NCBI GenBank assembly: GCA_951406725.2
Contig: OX597829.1
Coordinates: 35,030,001-35,094,000 of the forward strand
Direction: 5' to 3'
From: Octopus vulgaris
Taxonomy: Eukaryota
Length of the DNA stretch: 64,000 nucleotides
Made by a program: the position numbers and the translations under genes. The notes under the pieces are model-generated. The model did no database searches and was not told where the DNA came from. It worked only from the letters and a program-made list of their open reading frames with translations. Positions within the stretch are counted from its first letter, which is position 1; every line of letters starts with the position of its first letter. Below, piece by piece: positions 27,935 to 42,135 of the stretch.

Positions 27935-28195
27935 TCTATCGGTCTCTTTTGCCGAACCGCTATGTGACGGGGACGTAAACACACCAGCATCGGTTGTCAA
28001 GCAACGCTAGGGGGACATACACAGACACACAAACACACACATACAAATATATATATATATATATACATATATACGACAGGCTTCTTTCAGTTTCCGTCTA
28101 CCAAATCCACTCACAAGGCATTGGTCGGCCCGGGGCTATAGCAGAAGACGCTTGCCCAAGATGCCACACAGTGGGACTGAACTCGGAACCATGTT
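27935..28195 (-). mobile_element. SINE family A, internal fragment
   Basis: Same body, both ends truncated. Confidence 0.85.
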
Positions 28196-28380
28196 AGCCT
28201 GCGATTGGTCGAGAAAGGTCACGCGGCATAGCGGTGTGGCGTTGGTAATTCAGCGACAACTTTTAGCTGGAAAATACCGTATAGCGAACAGGAAATCGAC
28301 TGCATGGTGGACAAAAAATCGGTCGTGTGGTTGGGGTGGAAGTAGGAAAGTGTGGTAGATGTGGTGGTATATATGATATG

Positions 28381-28705
28381 AGGGCGCGTGGCTTAGTGGT
28401 TAGGGCATTCGGCTCATGATCGTAAGGTTGTGAGTTCGATTCCCGGCGACGCGTTGTGTCCTTGAGCAAGACACTTTATTTCACGTTGCTCCAGTCCACT
28501 CAGCTGGCAAAAATGAGTTGTACTTGTATTTCAAAGGGTCAGCCTTGTCACTCTCTGTGTCACGCTAATTATCCCCGAGAACTACGTTAAGGGTACACGT
28601 GTCTGTGGAATGCTCAGCCATTTGCACGTTAATTTCACGAGCAAGCTGTTCCGTTGATCGTATCAGCTGGGACCCTCGTCGTCGTAACCGGCGGAGTCTT
28701 TTTTT
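28381..28705 (+). mobile_element. tRNA-derived SINE family C, full length
   Basis: A box tggcttagtgg, B box gagttcgattcc, then gtgtccttgagcaagacacttta core-like block and a T-run terminus. Confidence 0.85.
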
Positions 28706-29269
28706 ATATATGATATATGTACATGTATATGCCCATATAACTGCGTGTATGCATCCGTACCTATACGAGTGTGCTTGTGTGCTTAGATGTACATTCATAC
28801 TTTCCGCGCACGTGCTCACACTCACACGAAGGCACTCACGCACACACACGCGCGCTCATACACACACACACACACAGACACGGACGCACACCCGTGTACA
28901 CATCTTTATCTCCATGTACATACGCACACGAGCACACGCGCACGCGCGCATACACACAAATATGCACGCGTACATACATGTACACGCACGAGTGCACATG
29001 TATATAGACGCACAGTGCGCGCATATACGCCCGCGCACACACATCCGTGCACATGCATACGGTGAGCAGATGCATATGCGCAGTCACGCACATGTGCGCG
29101 CGAACATACACTCATGTGGTCATGCACAAGGGGGTAATGTACAAAGGCTGAGAGAATGCTGGTAGACAGGCATGGAGAAGTGTTGGGGATCCCCAACACT
29201 TCTCCTGGGAGCTAATTTGTGACTGTGACCTTGGTGTAGGCGGTACTAGGGGTGGCTGGTACTAAGGAT

Positions 29270-29625
29270 GTATGTCGGCGGCCAGTGGTTTGAAATTTAC
29301 CAGAAGGGTGTACCCTTGGTGACAGCAATACTATCCCTCATATTTCTTGTTGATGGATACTGTGGGTTGGTAGATCATATGCAGTTTTTCGCGGAGGCAC
29401 AGCTAGGGGCGCTGGGTAAATATGGTGGCGCCCTGTCGATAATAGTCCACTTGATGCTGGGTGTTTCGTCTCGGACATCAGGAAAAAGAAAGCGGGACAA
29501 GGAAGTGAAGTTTTCTCTGTCTCTGAATCTAAGTCATTAGCTGTCATGCCCGTATAGTGTCTAGTAATGCCATCGCATCGTGTAAGGGTGGCTCTGTATA
29601 CTACAGTCCTCGTGTAAACGTAGTA
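29270..29625 (-). pseudogene. Penelope-like element GIY-YIG endonuclease remnant
   Basis: Minus TVVYRATLT..RHYTGMT, then shifted FRDRENFTSLSRF..IKWTIIDRAPPY..SC..EKLHMI..INKKYE..CCH. Confidence 0.8.
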
Positions 29626-31552
29626 AACATGGACTCTCTTCAATCGAACTCTCATTTTGATAGATTATTACCATGTAGGATTTCATCATGAAGGAAACCA
29701 TCCTGATGAGGGTTAGGGTTAGGACATTATGTTTCTGTATTTGGAATACTTAAAACGCCATTTATACATTTATTGTACCCTTGAAACGGCCGTAGATGAT
29801 ATCCTTTACTCGAATTTACCCGAATCTGTATATATTTATTTGATCTACTTATTTATCTACCTATTTACTCCCGAATTTTTAAATTTTGAACTCTCATCCG
29901 ACATTTCGTATAAAAATCAAATTCTTAATCGATTCAAACAGTTCCTTTTGGAAGCCATTACCTCGAATTTTTATCTCTTTGAGTTCGTTTTGTATCTCTT
30001 TTATGAATGGCTACCAACTGTTTTGACATATGGTAAAAAGTTTAAAAAAATGATAAATGGTAGTGTCAATAATTTCGTAATATGCAAAATAACTGGTATG
30101 TGTATATGTAAATAGAATGTTAACGAAGAACCTCGCTTCTCATAATATAGAAACATTTCTCATGGCACCTGCTGAAAAAATAGAAAAGGCGTTGCCCCGG
30201 AGAATGGTAAAATATCATGCTGTTGAAGTGTTTTACAATAGAGTTGAACTGAAAGTGTAGTTTTTAACTATTGATGTCTCACACTGATATCCTTAAAGAG
30301 AAAGGTTTAATCAATTTGGTAGGACTTGCTTAAAGATCCTACGGACAAAGCAGATGACTTTGGCCGGCAGGCAGGTTTCTAATATGTAAAAATGTGGTAT
30401 GAAGTAAAGGAGCAGACAGAAGCAGCTTACTCGTAAGATGAAGTTATAATGTGATGGCGAGAGAAATGTTTACAATTAGTTAAATTTTGTTTATTTTGAT
30501 ACAGTTTAAGACGCCCGTGTACAGTAGCAACGACATCTGTGTATAAAGCGTAATAATTTAATGGCCTTCAATAAAAGATAACCGTGTTTTATTGAGGGTT
30601 GTATATTTTGGTAATGTAAATTTGTTAGCTAGGAATATTGTTGCGATAAGAGAGGAAGGGTAGCAGAGATGTCCATTGTTGAGTGTCCACCGGCATTTAG
30701 TTTCACCCCTTCTACGTTCCAATTTAAAATTCCACAGGCATATGAAATTTGTTGCTTATCTGTTCAAGAGTGGGAAAATATTAAGTACCATTTGTAACCT
30801 GAAGTCGACAGAGATCGTTTATATTCAGCCACACTTAACAAAAATATCACTAGCGCCAAATCGAAATAAATCAATATTATCTGCAGTAGATTGACGTAGT
30901 TTCCAGGAAGTGGGTATTAATTTCTTAATTCCTTAAAATTTCTGAATTCAGAGTCAACTCCAGACTTTACGAGTCGCTTTATGGATTTGATTACATTTAT
31001 TTAAAGTATTCTATGGTAGATTCAGGTCTCTTCTCTATTTCATGACATATAACAGCTTGTAGGCCAATGACTCATACTTAACGTAACTACCCTTACAAAG
31101 GTTATTCGCACCAGTTTTGAGTACCATATTTAATAATATAAAGAGAATGTCCAAAATACTGTAATATCGAATATGTTGTATTCAAGCTAAACCGCACCAT
31201 AAATTCCTTGTTTTACTTGTGATGAATCGATCAATATTCTTTATGATCAATCTGATGTCATTGTTCTATATAAACTGCACGGACAGTTTGCTTATGAACT
31301 AGTAATAGGCTGTTGCAGGCGTGGTATTTAATTGGTTATACCAGTTCTTGGTGTTATTCAATCAACTACGTGATCTGAATAAGCAAAATAAGTATACTAG
31401 AGAATTCTAAACACTGAATTCACAATTTAGCAATGCACAACAAAAAAATGTGAAATATCAGCATTAAATGTCATGCATGTATGTATGTATGTATGTATGT
31501 ATGTATGTATGTATGTATGTATGTATGTATGTATATGTACATATATAATATA

Positions 31553-31585
<33 letters not shown>

Positions 31586-31697
31586 TTACATACATACACG
31601 CACATATATGTATATATATACATATATGTATATGTATATATGTATATATGAATATATGTATACATCCATCCATACACACCCATATACTTATGTATAT

Positions 31698-31788
<91 letters not shown>

Positions 31789-32777
31789 CTCTGACTCACA
31801 TAAACACACATATCTATACACACGCATATATATATGTACGCCTCTCTGTATAACTAGAAATTGATGTGATCTTTGTATTTCGGGAAAACATAGGATATAT
31901 TGTTAATATCAATTCTGTCTTGAACAGGCAGCTAAGAGCTGATATTTTATCGTCGCCATGGATCGAATAAGTTCGTTGAAATATTTTAAAACGCTTGAGA
32001 GTAGAACGATGGGTACCCTTCCATAATACTGTTACAAACTTGAAACCAATCAATTCCAATCGGTTCCGGTCGGTTTGTTAACTTCATCTTATATTCAATG
32101 CACTGCTGTCAAAAACTGAAATGTGTTTTTGAAATATTTCAAAATACCTTGAAAATGAAAGGCGGGTTGCTTCGTACTATATTGTTACATAATTTTTATT
32201 GTTTTGTGCGTCTCATATTCAACGGTTTATATTTAATATATTGATATAAGACTGCTTGGTATATTTCCTTTAATGCTTTGAGAATCGGTAAAACGGGGAA
32301 CTCTGAGCTGCAATGTTTTTACTCAGGTAGACTCTCCTAGCCGTGCGACGTTTAAAAAGTCCTATTATATTTTTATACTCAACTACTATAAGGAATTGTA
32401 ATAATTTGTTCATTGATGAAGTATAACAAATTTATTGCACATAAATTCTAAAAATAAAATCTTATATGGACTCCAAAAATTTATATACCCGTACAGACAT
32501 ACATGTTATTTATAACTGTATACACTTCGAGACTCACCCTTAAAATTCTGTATTTCACTTCTCGAAGCCTTTACATTCCTATCATGTAAACAGATATCGT
32601 TTGTAAGATCAATGCATAGAATCGAATGGAAGAGAAGCCTAAGGTTACTTTTGTGTGATGGTCAGAATATTTCACTTGGTCACAGAAGAAACAGATTCGA
32701 GTCCCGCACTAGCCTTCGATCTTATTTCCATCTAAGTTATTTTTTACCCACTATTTTATATTTCTTTATTACTATAT

Positions 32778-32870
<93 letters not shown>

Positions 32871-33038
32871 CACACATATATATATAATATAAATTAGAGA
32901 AAAAACCCACTATTATGCAATTCAAACAATGATAGACATAAACCAAATCATAAATAAAAATAAAATATATTTTTATAAAACATATAACTAGATCACAAAA
33001 AAGTATAAAAATGAATAATCAATATATAATAAGTGAAA

Positions 33039-33139
33039 AACTACGTACGTTTCATGGTTATAATTAAATTCGAATTACAATTAAATTTAAATTTAATCGA
33101 AAATCAATTCAATTTAACATCATAGTCAGCCTTCAGGTT
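33039..33139 (-). ncRNA. Hammerhead-like motif with long AT-rich stem II (same type as 2309-2405)
   Basis: Minus aac-CTGAAGG-[long hairpin]-GAAA-cgtacg-TA-gtt. Perfectly palindromic stem III, one core substitution. Confidence 0.55.
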
Positions 33140-33178
33140 ATCAACAATAGTTAAATAAATAAGCAAATAGAGTTATTA

Positions 33179-33249
<71 letters not shown>

Positions 33250-33276
33250 GCTATACTCCCTAATATATATATATTA

Positions 33277-33550
33277 GGAAGGTTTGGAGATGATGTATAG
33301 GTATTATATATTAGAAGAAATTTATTAGTATGTTACCTGTTTTTATAAATCATATATCATATATTAGCGCTTTCATCCACTCTAGTGGAGTCTTCAAATT
33401 GAACTAACTTTTGCAGTAATTTTGATTCTTTTTATAGTATTATTGAGTGTGTAGGGGAGGGGAGAGATATAAGATAGTAGAAGAGAGTGAGGAATGGGGA
33501 GAAAGGGAGAGAGAACATGTGTGTGTGTGTGTGTTTTTGTATCTGAAAGT
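33277..33550 (-). mobile_element. Repeat homologous to the arm of inverted repeat 2, with a variant hammerhead-like motif at 33363-33400
   Basis: ggaaggtttggagatgatgta.aggtattatatattagaa and attagcgctttc..cca...agtgg...ttcaaat are shared with 10437-10614. Confidence 0.7.
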
Positions 33551-33781
33551 GGTGTTAAAGAAAAAGAAGGAGAGAATGAAGAAAAACATTCGTTGATATC
33601 TTTGCAGCTGGTCAGTTTGTCAATAATAATTGAAATAAGATGTCACTACTGTTAATATCATCTGTGGATAAAGTTTAGAATTGATGGTATCAATAGCAGT
33701 AACATAGCTGGTCCGCAGGCAAATAGCATTATTTAGCTATGAATTAGAAGAGCATTTTTACACTTCGTGCAATATAATATA

Positions 33782-33913
<132 letters not shown>

Positions 33914-33940
33914 CATATATATATATATGTACACATATAT

Positions 33941-33993
<53 letters not shown>

Positions 33994-34155
33994 AGGGTAC
34001 TACATGAGCATCTACATCGCTAAAAATGAAAGTCAAAATACTTCTATACTACGGAAGAAACACAAAATTAATACAGGCATGACAGGAAAAAATTTCAGTG
34101 AACAATAATACCGTCCTACTTCTGCCAGGTCTGCAAGAAGAAAGCTTGATAATTT

Positions 34156-34259
<104 letters not shown>

Positions 34260-34554
34260 AACTTTAAGGGCGAGACTCAAAACGAATAGAGTAATAATGG
34301 AATGTAAAATAGTAGGTAAAAAAATCTTATATATGTGTGTGTGTGTTGTACGTATGTGTGAATGTGTGTGTATATGTGTGTTTGTGCGTGCATACGCGTG
34401 TGTGTGGTGTGCGAATGTATGTGTGTGTATATGTGTGTATGCGCGTGTGTGTGGCGTGTGTGCGTGTATGCAAAGTACAGTGGCTACTGCATTTTGGTTG
34501 CAGAATTAACGGCCACAACAATGTCAACGACAACAAAAGCGAAACAGAATGTAA

Positions 34555-34556
34555 TC

Positions 34557-34606
<50 letters not shown>

Positions 34607-34685
34607 GAATATAATGATGATGATGATGATGATGATAATAATAATAACAACAACAACAATAATAATAGTAATAATAATAATGATG

Positions 34686-34764
<79 letters not shown>

Positions 34765-35119
34765 TAATAATGATAATAATAATAATATAATGATGATGAT
34801 GATGATGATAATAATAATAACAACAACAACAATAATAATAGTAATAATAATAATAATGATAATAATAATAATAATAATAATAATGATAATAATAATAATA
34901 ATAATAATAATGATAATAATAATAATATAATATAATGATGATGATGATGATGATGATGATAATAACAACAACAACAATAATAATAGTAATAATAATAATA
35001 ATGATGATGATAATAATAATAATAATAAGAATATAATGATGATGATGATGATGATGATGATAATAATAATAATAACAACAACAACAATAATAATAGTAAT
35101 AATAATAATGATGATGATG

Positions 35120-35165
<46 letters not shown>

Positions 35166-35194
35166 TAAAAATAATAATAATGATAATAATAATA

Positions 35195-35241
<47 letters not shown>

Positions 35242-35330
35242 AATAATAATAATAATAACAACAACAACAATAATAATAGTAATAATAATAATAATAATGA
35301 TGATGATAATAATGATAATAATAATAATAA
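34555..35330 (+). repeat. Compound (AAT)/(GAT)/(AAC) microsatellite with a higher-order unit
   Basis: Marker aacaacaacaacaataataatagt recurs five times. Confidence 0.9.
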
Positions 35331-35777
35331 AAGAACGAAAACAAGTGCAGTAGCAGAAACAACAGTGTGCTTCGTCGTCGATTACTAGAAGAGGAACAAT
35401 ATGATAATGACGACGACATTGAGTAATGCTTACAATGTGGTTCTTTTTTTTTTTTTTTTTTTTGAGAAGACAGAAACAGTTGTTGGAAGAGGGATCACCA
35501 ATTATATCGACCTCTTGCGCATAATCGATTCTTTATGTGTCAGCCTCGAAAGGAAGAAGTAAAACGTAAACTCGCGAGATTTGAACAGAGAATTGAATAG
35601 GATGTAGCTAAATACACTGCAAGGTTATTTTGTCAGTCGTTCTATCGATTCTGTCATCCACCGCCCGCCGTTGTTTGTGATGATTATAATAAAGATAATG
35701 AACGTAAGAAAATGCTTTAAGTATTATTACTGGTATCCGTTTAATTAGAATTATTGAGATAGATGAAAGGAATATAC

Positions 35778-35840
<63 letters not shown>

Positions 35841-35922
35841 CACACACACACACATATATATATATGCACACATACGTACATACATACATTTATATATACA
35901 CATACATGCACGCACACACGCA

Positions 35923-35956
<34 letters not shown>

Positions 35957-36890
35957 TAATGTACCTAGTTTAGTACCATGTAATGTGTATATCGTAGATG
36001 GAAGTGGTTAACGTAGCTGTTATATTTACGATTATAGAGGTCACTGGTGCCATTAAATTTTAATAGAAATGATCAATGGAGCCATTATGTTTAAAAGTGG
36101 TAATCAGATAGAGAAATAAAAGGAACAACAAAAACAAAACAAAATGCTAAATCCTAAACAAAGCCTAAGAGACATATATCTGAAATTCAAAAGTGATAAA
36201 CAAATGGAATATTCAAATATGAGCAAATAATCTGCGTCAATGTCTCATCAAAAACGAAAAGAACAACAACAATAGAAACGGTAGCAACAAAACAACAGCA
36301 AGGAAAAAAAAAAAAGACAAACACATTTTAAAGAAAAAAAGCCAACAAACTATGCTTGACAACATGAAGATTAAGTGGAGACAGATTGCAGAGAGACAAA
36401 AGAGTTGTATAGATATTGAATAGAAAGTAACTATAACACATCGGCAAGAACGAGTGAGCTTAAATAAAGAATTCAAAGACGAGACAATACATCATCTACA
36501 AAATACAACAGAATTGTGAACAACGACACAAATAAAACAAAGATAGAACTACTGGAAACATAATATATAAACAAATAAAATAAAATATAGGAAAGAATAT
36601 AGAACTATTGAAAACATCAAAAAACAATCTATTGTCAATGACTAAGCTAGCCCCCCCCCCCAACTGCTCATTACTTTGATGAAGTGCCACTGGATTAGTT
36701 AAGATTTTCAATCATTAAATCAGAGCTTAAAACCCGAAACGTTTGTATATCATACCCAAACGAAATTATTTCCTCAGAACGGCTAAAAATAGTGATTTCG
36801 GGCCTGACTTTAAGGTCTCGTTCATTTTAAAATATAACTTATATATTGATAATACTGCATAAACATTATGGCGTTATCATATATCATTCT

Positions 36891-37070
36891 AAGGCGGTGA
36901 GCTGGCAGAATCGTTCGTACGTCGGGCAAAATACTTAGTGGCATTTCGTTCGTCGACTTTGCCTTCCGTCCTTTCATGATCGATAAGTTAAGTACCAGTT
37001 GAGCTCTGGAGTCGGTGTAATCGACTTAACCTCACCTTACTGGTCTTGTACCTATAGTAGAAAGGATTAT
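36891..37070 (+). mobile_element. SINE family B, internally deleted
   Basis: aaggcggtgagctggcagaatcgtt head and gtcgactttgccttccgtcctttc..aagtaccagttgag core. Confidence 0.75.
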
Positions 37071-37129
37071 CATATATCATTCCAGCGCTACTATATGACA
37101 CAGTAATATTCCATTAAGCACACCAACAC

Positions 37130-38590
37130 TGCTGTAAATGGGGTCGGCTTGGAAGCAAGGCCACTTGGTTAACAGTCTTAGAAACAGATGTAGTAGCAAT
37201 CAACAAAACCAAGATTTCTGAGACTCATGCACTCATCTTCGTCTTTGAAACTACGATGGATATACATATTTTGGAAAAATAGAAGTAACATTGTTGTTTC
37301 ACAAACGCCTGGATCTCGAAGATGGTACCTTCATGCAAATAACCTATGCTCTGACAGAAGAAAGTACGCTGGATTTCTTCAGGCTTCTTGAAATACTTGG
37401 GATATCTCATTTTTTTCGTACAAGTAGGAAACTGGAACAGAATCGTAGACGCGTAATGGGATTACGTGAGACTAGCTGATAAGAAAGGGGTTTCAAAACC
37501 TGCTTAACTGTTTTCGATTGTCTGACAGCTACCAACTGGATTTCCTGAGTGTGCCAGTGTACGTTTAGTAACTGCTTAGGGTCTCCTAGATCGTATCAAG
37601 AAGGGTACCTGTTAAATCAGCCACGGAGTTTAGGTAGGATGTCTACAATTTAATTGTAGTCAGCTACACAACAAACATTTGAGACCTGCACAGTCAATCT
37701 AGATAGGACTCGTAGAAAGGGACTTGGTTATTGGATGTTAAGCGAATATTTTCCAAGAGCATTTTAGTTAAGCATCAGTGCGTCAGTTGACGGAGATTGT
37801 CGTCCACAATCAGTGATATCACGCCTGTGGTAAATTTTAACAACAAAAAGAAATGAAAAAAATTAACGATTGAGAAATATAGATTAGAAGAGGTGTTAGT
37901 GAGTGTACTAGAAGTGTCAATTAGGAAAGGTATTGTAAATGAGGTGCAAGCGGTGACCATTTCTTTAATGCAGAACACGAAGGTTGCATAAGGAACAAAA
38001 GCTATTCGACGGGCCTGGCTAGCAGTAGATCAAGTGACACCAACAGAATTACCTTTCTAACATTGATGGACAGGGACGGATGCATGGTACTTAATTCTAA
38101 GTCGATGTGTGCGGCTTTCAAACACTTTGTTCAACCTTTCAAGGAGGAAGATTGGACGAAGATAGTAGTCAGTTTTGGTGTCTGTCTCAATGGCTCACTG
38201 CAACTTATAGCATATCCGGAGTTCTGCGAAAGATCGATAAGAGCAATTGATCAATGGATGGCGGTAAGTCGTTGGACGGGGCGCAGATCACCTTTTTTGT
38301 ATGATAATCTGCTCTAAAAATCTTCCACACATATGTTAGATTTGTTCTGCGACCACTTTCAAGATGTTTTTGTGCAAGCGCCAGCAAAGTGGAAGACTTT
38401 CCAGCTCTATGAGTCGAGGAGTGATAGCATGGCTAAGGAAGGACGCAAACAAGAGGGGTATGATTTATAAAATTTCCGTTGCAGAGTATAAAATTATTTT
38501 TTGTCAGTGCCAAGATGTTGGCGAAAATGTTGACGTTTCTTGACTAGAGTGTAGTCGGCGATGCGCGAACATACACAACCCATTTCTAAA
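37130..38590 (+). pseudogene. Old, highly degenerate Tx1-family ORF2 5' half
   Basis: GSAWKQGHLVNSLR, LLFHKRLDLE, DFFRLLE, SKSMCAAFKHFVQPF, CERSI, KDANKRG align in order with ORF2 15300-16900. Confidence 0.7.
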
Positions 38591-38944
38591 GGAATACAAG
38601 AGAAGAGCAATTATGTATAAATGTAATAACTAAATTTAAAAACCCTCGTTGAAGATGAAATAAAATTGTAATCACATTCCTTCTATGCTTTTTATGTGTG
38701 GAATGAAGAATTGGGGAGTCTTCTGGGAGACCACTTCCTTATGACTGTTGTATATAATAGTTAAATATTCTATGTCCTGGGTATGACCTTAACTGTATCA
38801 GGAGTTTGAGAGTTTGGAGGAGTATGGCAATGCTTCTTAACCATTATTGTTTTCAGGTCTACTATGACTTGAAGTAGAAGCACATGTCAATGATCTCAGA
38901 TAACTAAATATAGATGTTGTAGAATCAGCATGACAAGGTGTATA

Positions 38945-39300
38945 TATTTCGAAGTCGACCTTTTTCAAGAAGATGGAGTGGCAGAAAGGTCTGGATCTCG
39001 TGATATGGACCATAATCTAGGATTCAAAAGACAATCCTTCTGCACATGATCAACAATGAAGACCACACTTTCAGGTTAGTGACCGTTTATTCTCCAACAG
39101 AAGCAAAGTTGCCAGTTTTCTTCCGATATTAAGAAGACTTCATGCGAATGTTCAACTCATTAGAACTCGTGAGACAATAGAATGCTATTTCTGACTCACA
39201 ATGAGATTGTGCGGCTAGTCGATAGAAAAGTGGGTTCAACAATTTCACAAACTTTCCCAGACGTTTTGACATTGTGACACATACTCATTAAGTTATCCGA
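38945..39300 (+). pseudogene. Degenerate Tx1-family endonuclease fragment
   Basis: KGLDL, FRLVTVYSPT..VFFRY.EDFM match LDLKV..FRLIAVYAPS..DFFRRLESFM of ORF2. Confidence 0.6.
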
Positions 39301-40817
39301 GAGCATCAACGTGGATGAATCAACTTCAATTGTTGTTGTATAAAGCTCTATTCTATTTTCTTGAGAACAGCATAGCACTATAATTTTTTAAAATTTCTAT
39401 TATTTTGATGTCAGTAAACTCACGAGTTCATATGTTTTACGTTAAATTCGTTTCTCTGCAATTTATAGTTATGAACTCTCAATACAAGTCTAGTGCAGAT
39501 ATTATTTTGGAAAAAAATACACACTCATAAACCTCCAGAACCATTCCAATAAAAAATAAAATAATAAAAAATGCCATCAACTTATGGAAAACCGTTGGTG
39601 ACCTTCAGTTAAACTTTACAAGATTTTTTATAGTAAAGGATACTTGCTACATAGTTAGATAACATATGGGGACCTGAGCGCTTCACTATGAACTAAGTCA
39701 ACTCTGAATTTCACTTACAAAGAGGCGGTGTTATCCGATAATAGATCCAAGTAACTATCATTATTCCAGACCACCAAGCCCCCAGAAACAGCTGTTGGAC
39801 TCGTAAAACTCTACCCATTGAACTCCTGATATCATTTATATTCTGTAAGTCGGATTATTTTATACACATGTACATTTTTTCTATTAAATGTATTATATAT
39901 ATAGCTGCTTCTTCCCACGGTGGTGCTCCAGCATGACCACAGCCGCATGGCTGAAACGAGTAAAAGAGTAATATTTATATGTGTATTTTTATAGAAATGA
40001 GTATGACGAAATAACTGTTTCTTAGCCATGAAACGAATTTAAAACCAGGAGGCAACTACGCAAGGCACTGTTTATTTATATTCACAACTTTTAATCTTTT
40101 TTTTTCCTAAAGAGAAATATATTTTTATATTTCAGAGATGAAACACACATCATAAAATCAATTCTTGGAAATTATTTGCTTTTCATCAAAGTTACAACAG
40201 GTAAAATTGTTACGGTTTCGACGAGAAACAAATTTTTCCTAGTTTATAAGTTTTGACGAGGAATAATGTTTAATTTCCTATGTTCTAATCCCACTATTTT
40301 CAGAATATAACTTGTAACCAATTACGTTAAAACTTGAAGAATCAATTTTGCGTAATTTAAAGGTCTAAATGTCCTTTCACAACAACTAACCCCATCCAAA
40401 TTGAATTTCGAAAGATTTTCGCTTCTACTTCACCATTCACTCCACCTATTACTACGTCACTATCTCAGAAGCCAAAACCATTCTAACAATTCTATTAGAA
40501 TCGTATGAATGCAGCAAATTTAAACACAAATAAATGTTTGCATTTGAATAATTTAGTCGACAGAGGTAGGTAGATATTAAAAACAGAAATGCATTTGAAC
40601 TGTTGAGCTTTGGGAAGTAAACAATACTTGGTTGATTTGAATTCTGATAATTACAAAGAAATCAGACAGGATATATGTCTACTATTTACGTATAATAGCG
40701 TAATGACATCGACGAAACTGCACAGAAATTGCCTGTTCTAATATCATTATCTCTTAAATTGAGCACAGCATTTGCGTGTGAAACATAACTATCTAATGTT
40801 GCTATTAATGTCACCAG

Positions 40818-41214
40818 GTGACCTGGACACAACTACCGGGACGGAATGTATTCTCTTTTGAATTGAGAACTAAATGGCTTCAAAGGACATTCACAAGACA
40901 CAATTGTTCTGGATATAATATTGCAGAGAAAGGTGAGGTTAATGTAGATAAACAAGTCTAATGGTTTCAGTTCTACTGTTTAAATAGCTACATTGAGAAC
41001 CATCATATTTTGATGAGGAACATATCAAAAGTTGTCAACAGAGAATTAATGAATGTTTTCAGCCTATAATGTGTACGATATAGTGGATTACAAGATAAAC
41101 TCCAATTCTGTTTTCCAATTAAAAAACTATAGAAGATTCATGAAGAGTCAATTTGACCCATTAATTCAGAAAATGATCACTGAAAAATGTAATTTTTTCT
41201 GTGAACTCCTATAA
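40818..41214 (+). CDS. Candidate last two coding exons of an unidentified gene (40818-40932 and 41063-41214)
   Basis: cag|GTG..AAAG|gtgagg, 130-bp intron, ttttcag|CC..TAA. Phases match and give an 88-aa open frame; AATAAA overlaps the stop. No upstream coding exon found and no family recognised. Confidence 0.3.
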
Positions 41215-41919
41215 TAAAAATAGCTGTAGATATTCTATGAATACTTTATATTTTAAGTTTCTTTGCTCTGCTAATGTGCAAATATGATTAGCATTTCTTT
41301 ATGACGCCATGAACATGCATTCATTCACTTATTCCAATTGTATATATTGAAATTGTGTTTAAATTATTATCTACCAAGTATTGTTTGCTGTAGATTCTAT
41401 CACCACCAAGAATATATTTTATTTCGTAACAGTTTATTCTTTCGCCACATGGAATTACTGTTCAAATCTCATCACTGAGTTGCATAACGGCCAAAGTAAT
41501 TTAACTCTTGATGGTGCAGTACTCTTGATGGTGCAGTACTCTTGATTATGAATATATACCATGAAATAGTTGAGTTTAACTACTATAAACATTTAAAGTA
41601 TTATATAATTTGTTAATAATATGAGAATATTTCTCAGGGATGCATTCTGCAAGAATAACATATAGATGAGTCGGCACTAACATATTCAATATAGAACTCT
41701 CACTTTTTTTTTTGTTTTTAATCTTATTACACACAAAATGAAAATAAAATTCGTTAGTATTAATGTTAATTCTCGTCATAAGCAAGGTAAAACAACCCTG
41801 AAATTAAAGTTGATTACTTCTTCGACAGTTCTATGTATCACATTTGATACACGATGCATGTTTCCCTGGCAAACTATAAACAAACCAACATTAGTTGTCA
41901 TGTGGTGGAAAAACAAGCA

Positions 41920-42135
41920 TAAAAACGGGATCGTGCGCAGTCACGATCGCACACGTACGGACGCTCGCACATACACACTCACGCGCGCGAGCACACTCCA
42001 TGTGGATTTCCGTAGAGTTTCAGTCTCAAATTTAACCAAGGAATTGTTTTACATAGAGCTAAAGTAGAAGATGCTTCGAGGTATCGAAACCACGTGCCTG
42101 CGAAACGAACATCTTAACCACACAAACAAACACGC
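41920..42135 (-). mobile_element. Old degenerate SINE family A-like copy
   Basis: tttcagtctcaaatttaac.caagg..., agtagaagatgctt, gaaaccacgtg, cttaaccacaca resemble the family A minus-strand layout. Confidence 0.5.

Noticed and set aside
28381-28455. tRNA-like head as a real tRNA gene
   Set aside because: No complete acceptor stem and it continues into a SINE body. The same holds for family A heads and 32640-32715.
34362-35419. Poly-I/Y/H/L ORFs
   Set aside because: Trinucleotide microsatellite translations.
41504-41545. 17-bp tandem duplication actcttgatggtgcagt
   Set aside because: About 2.5 copies, ordinary slippage, no spacers.
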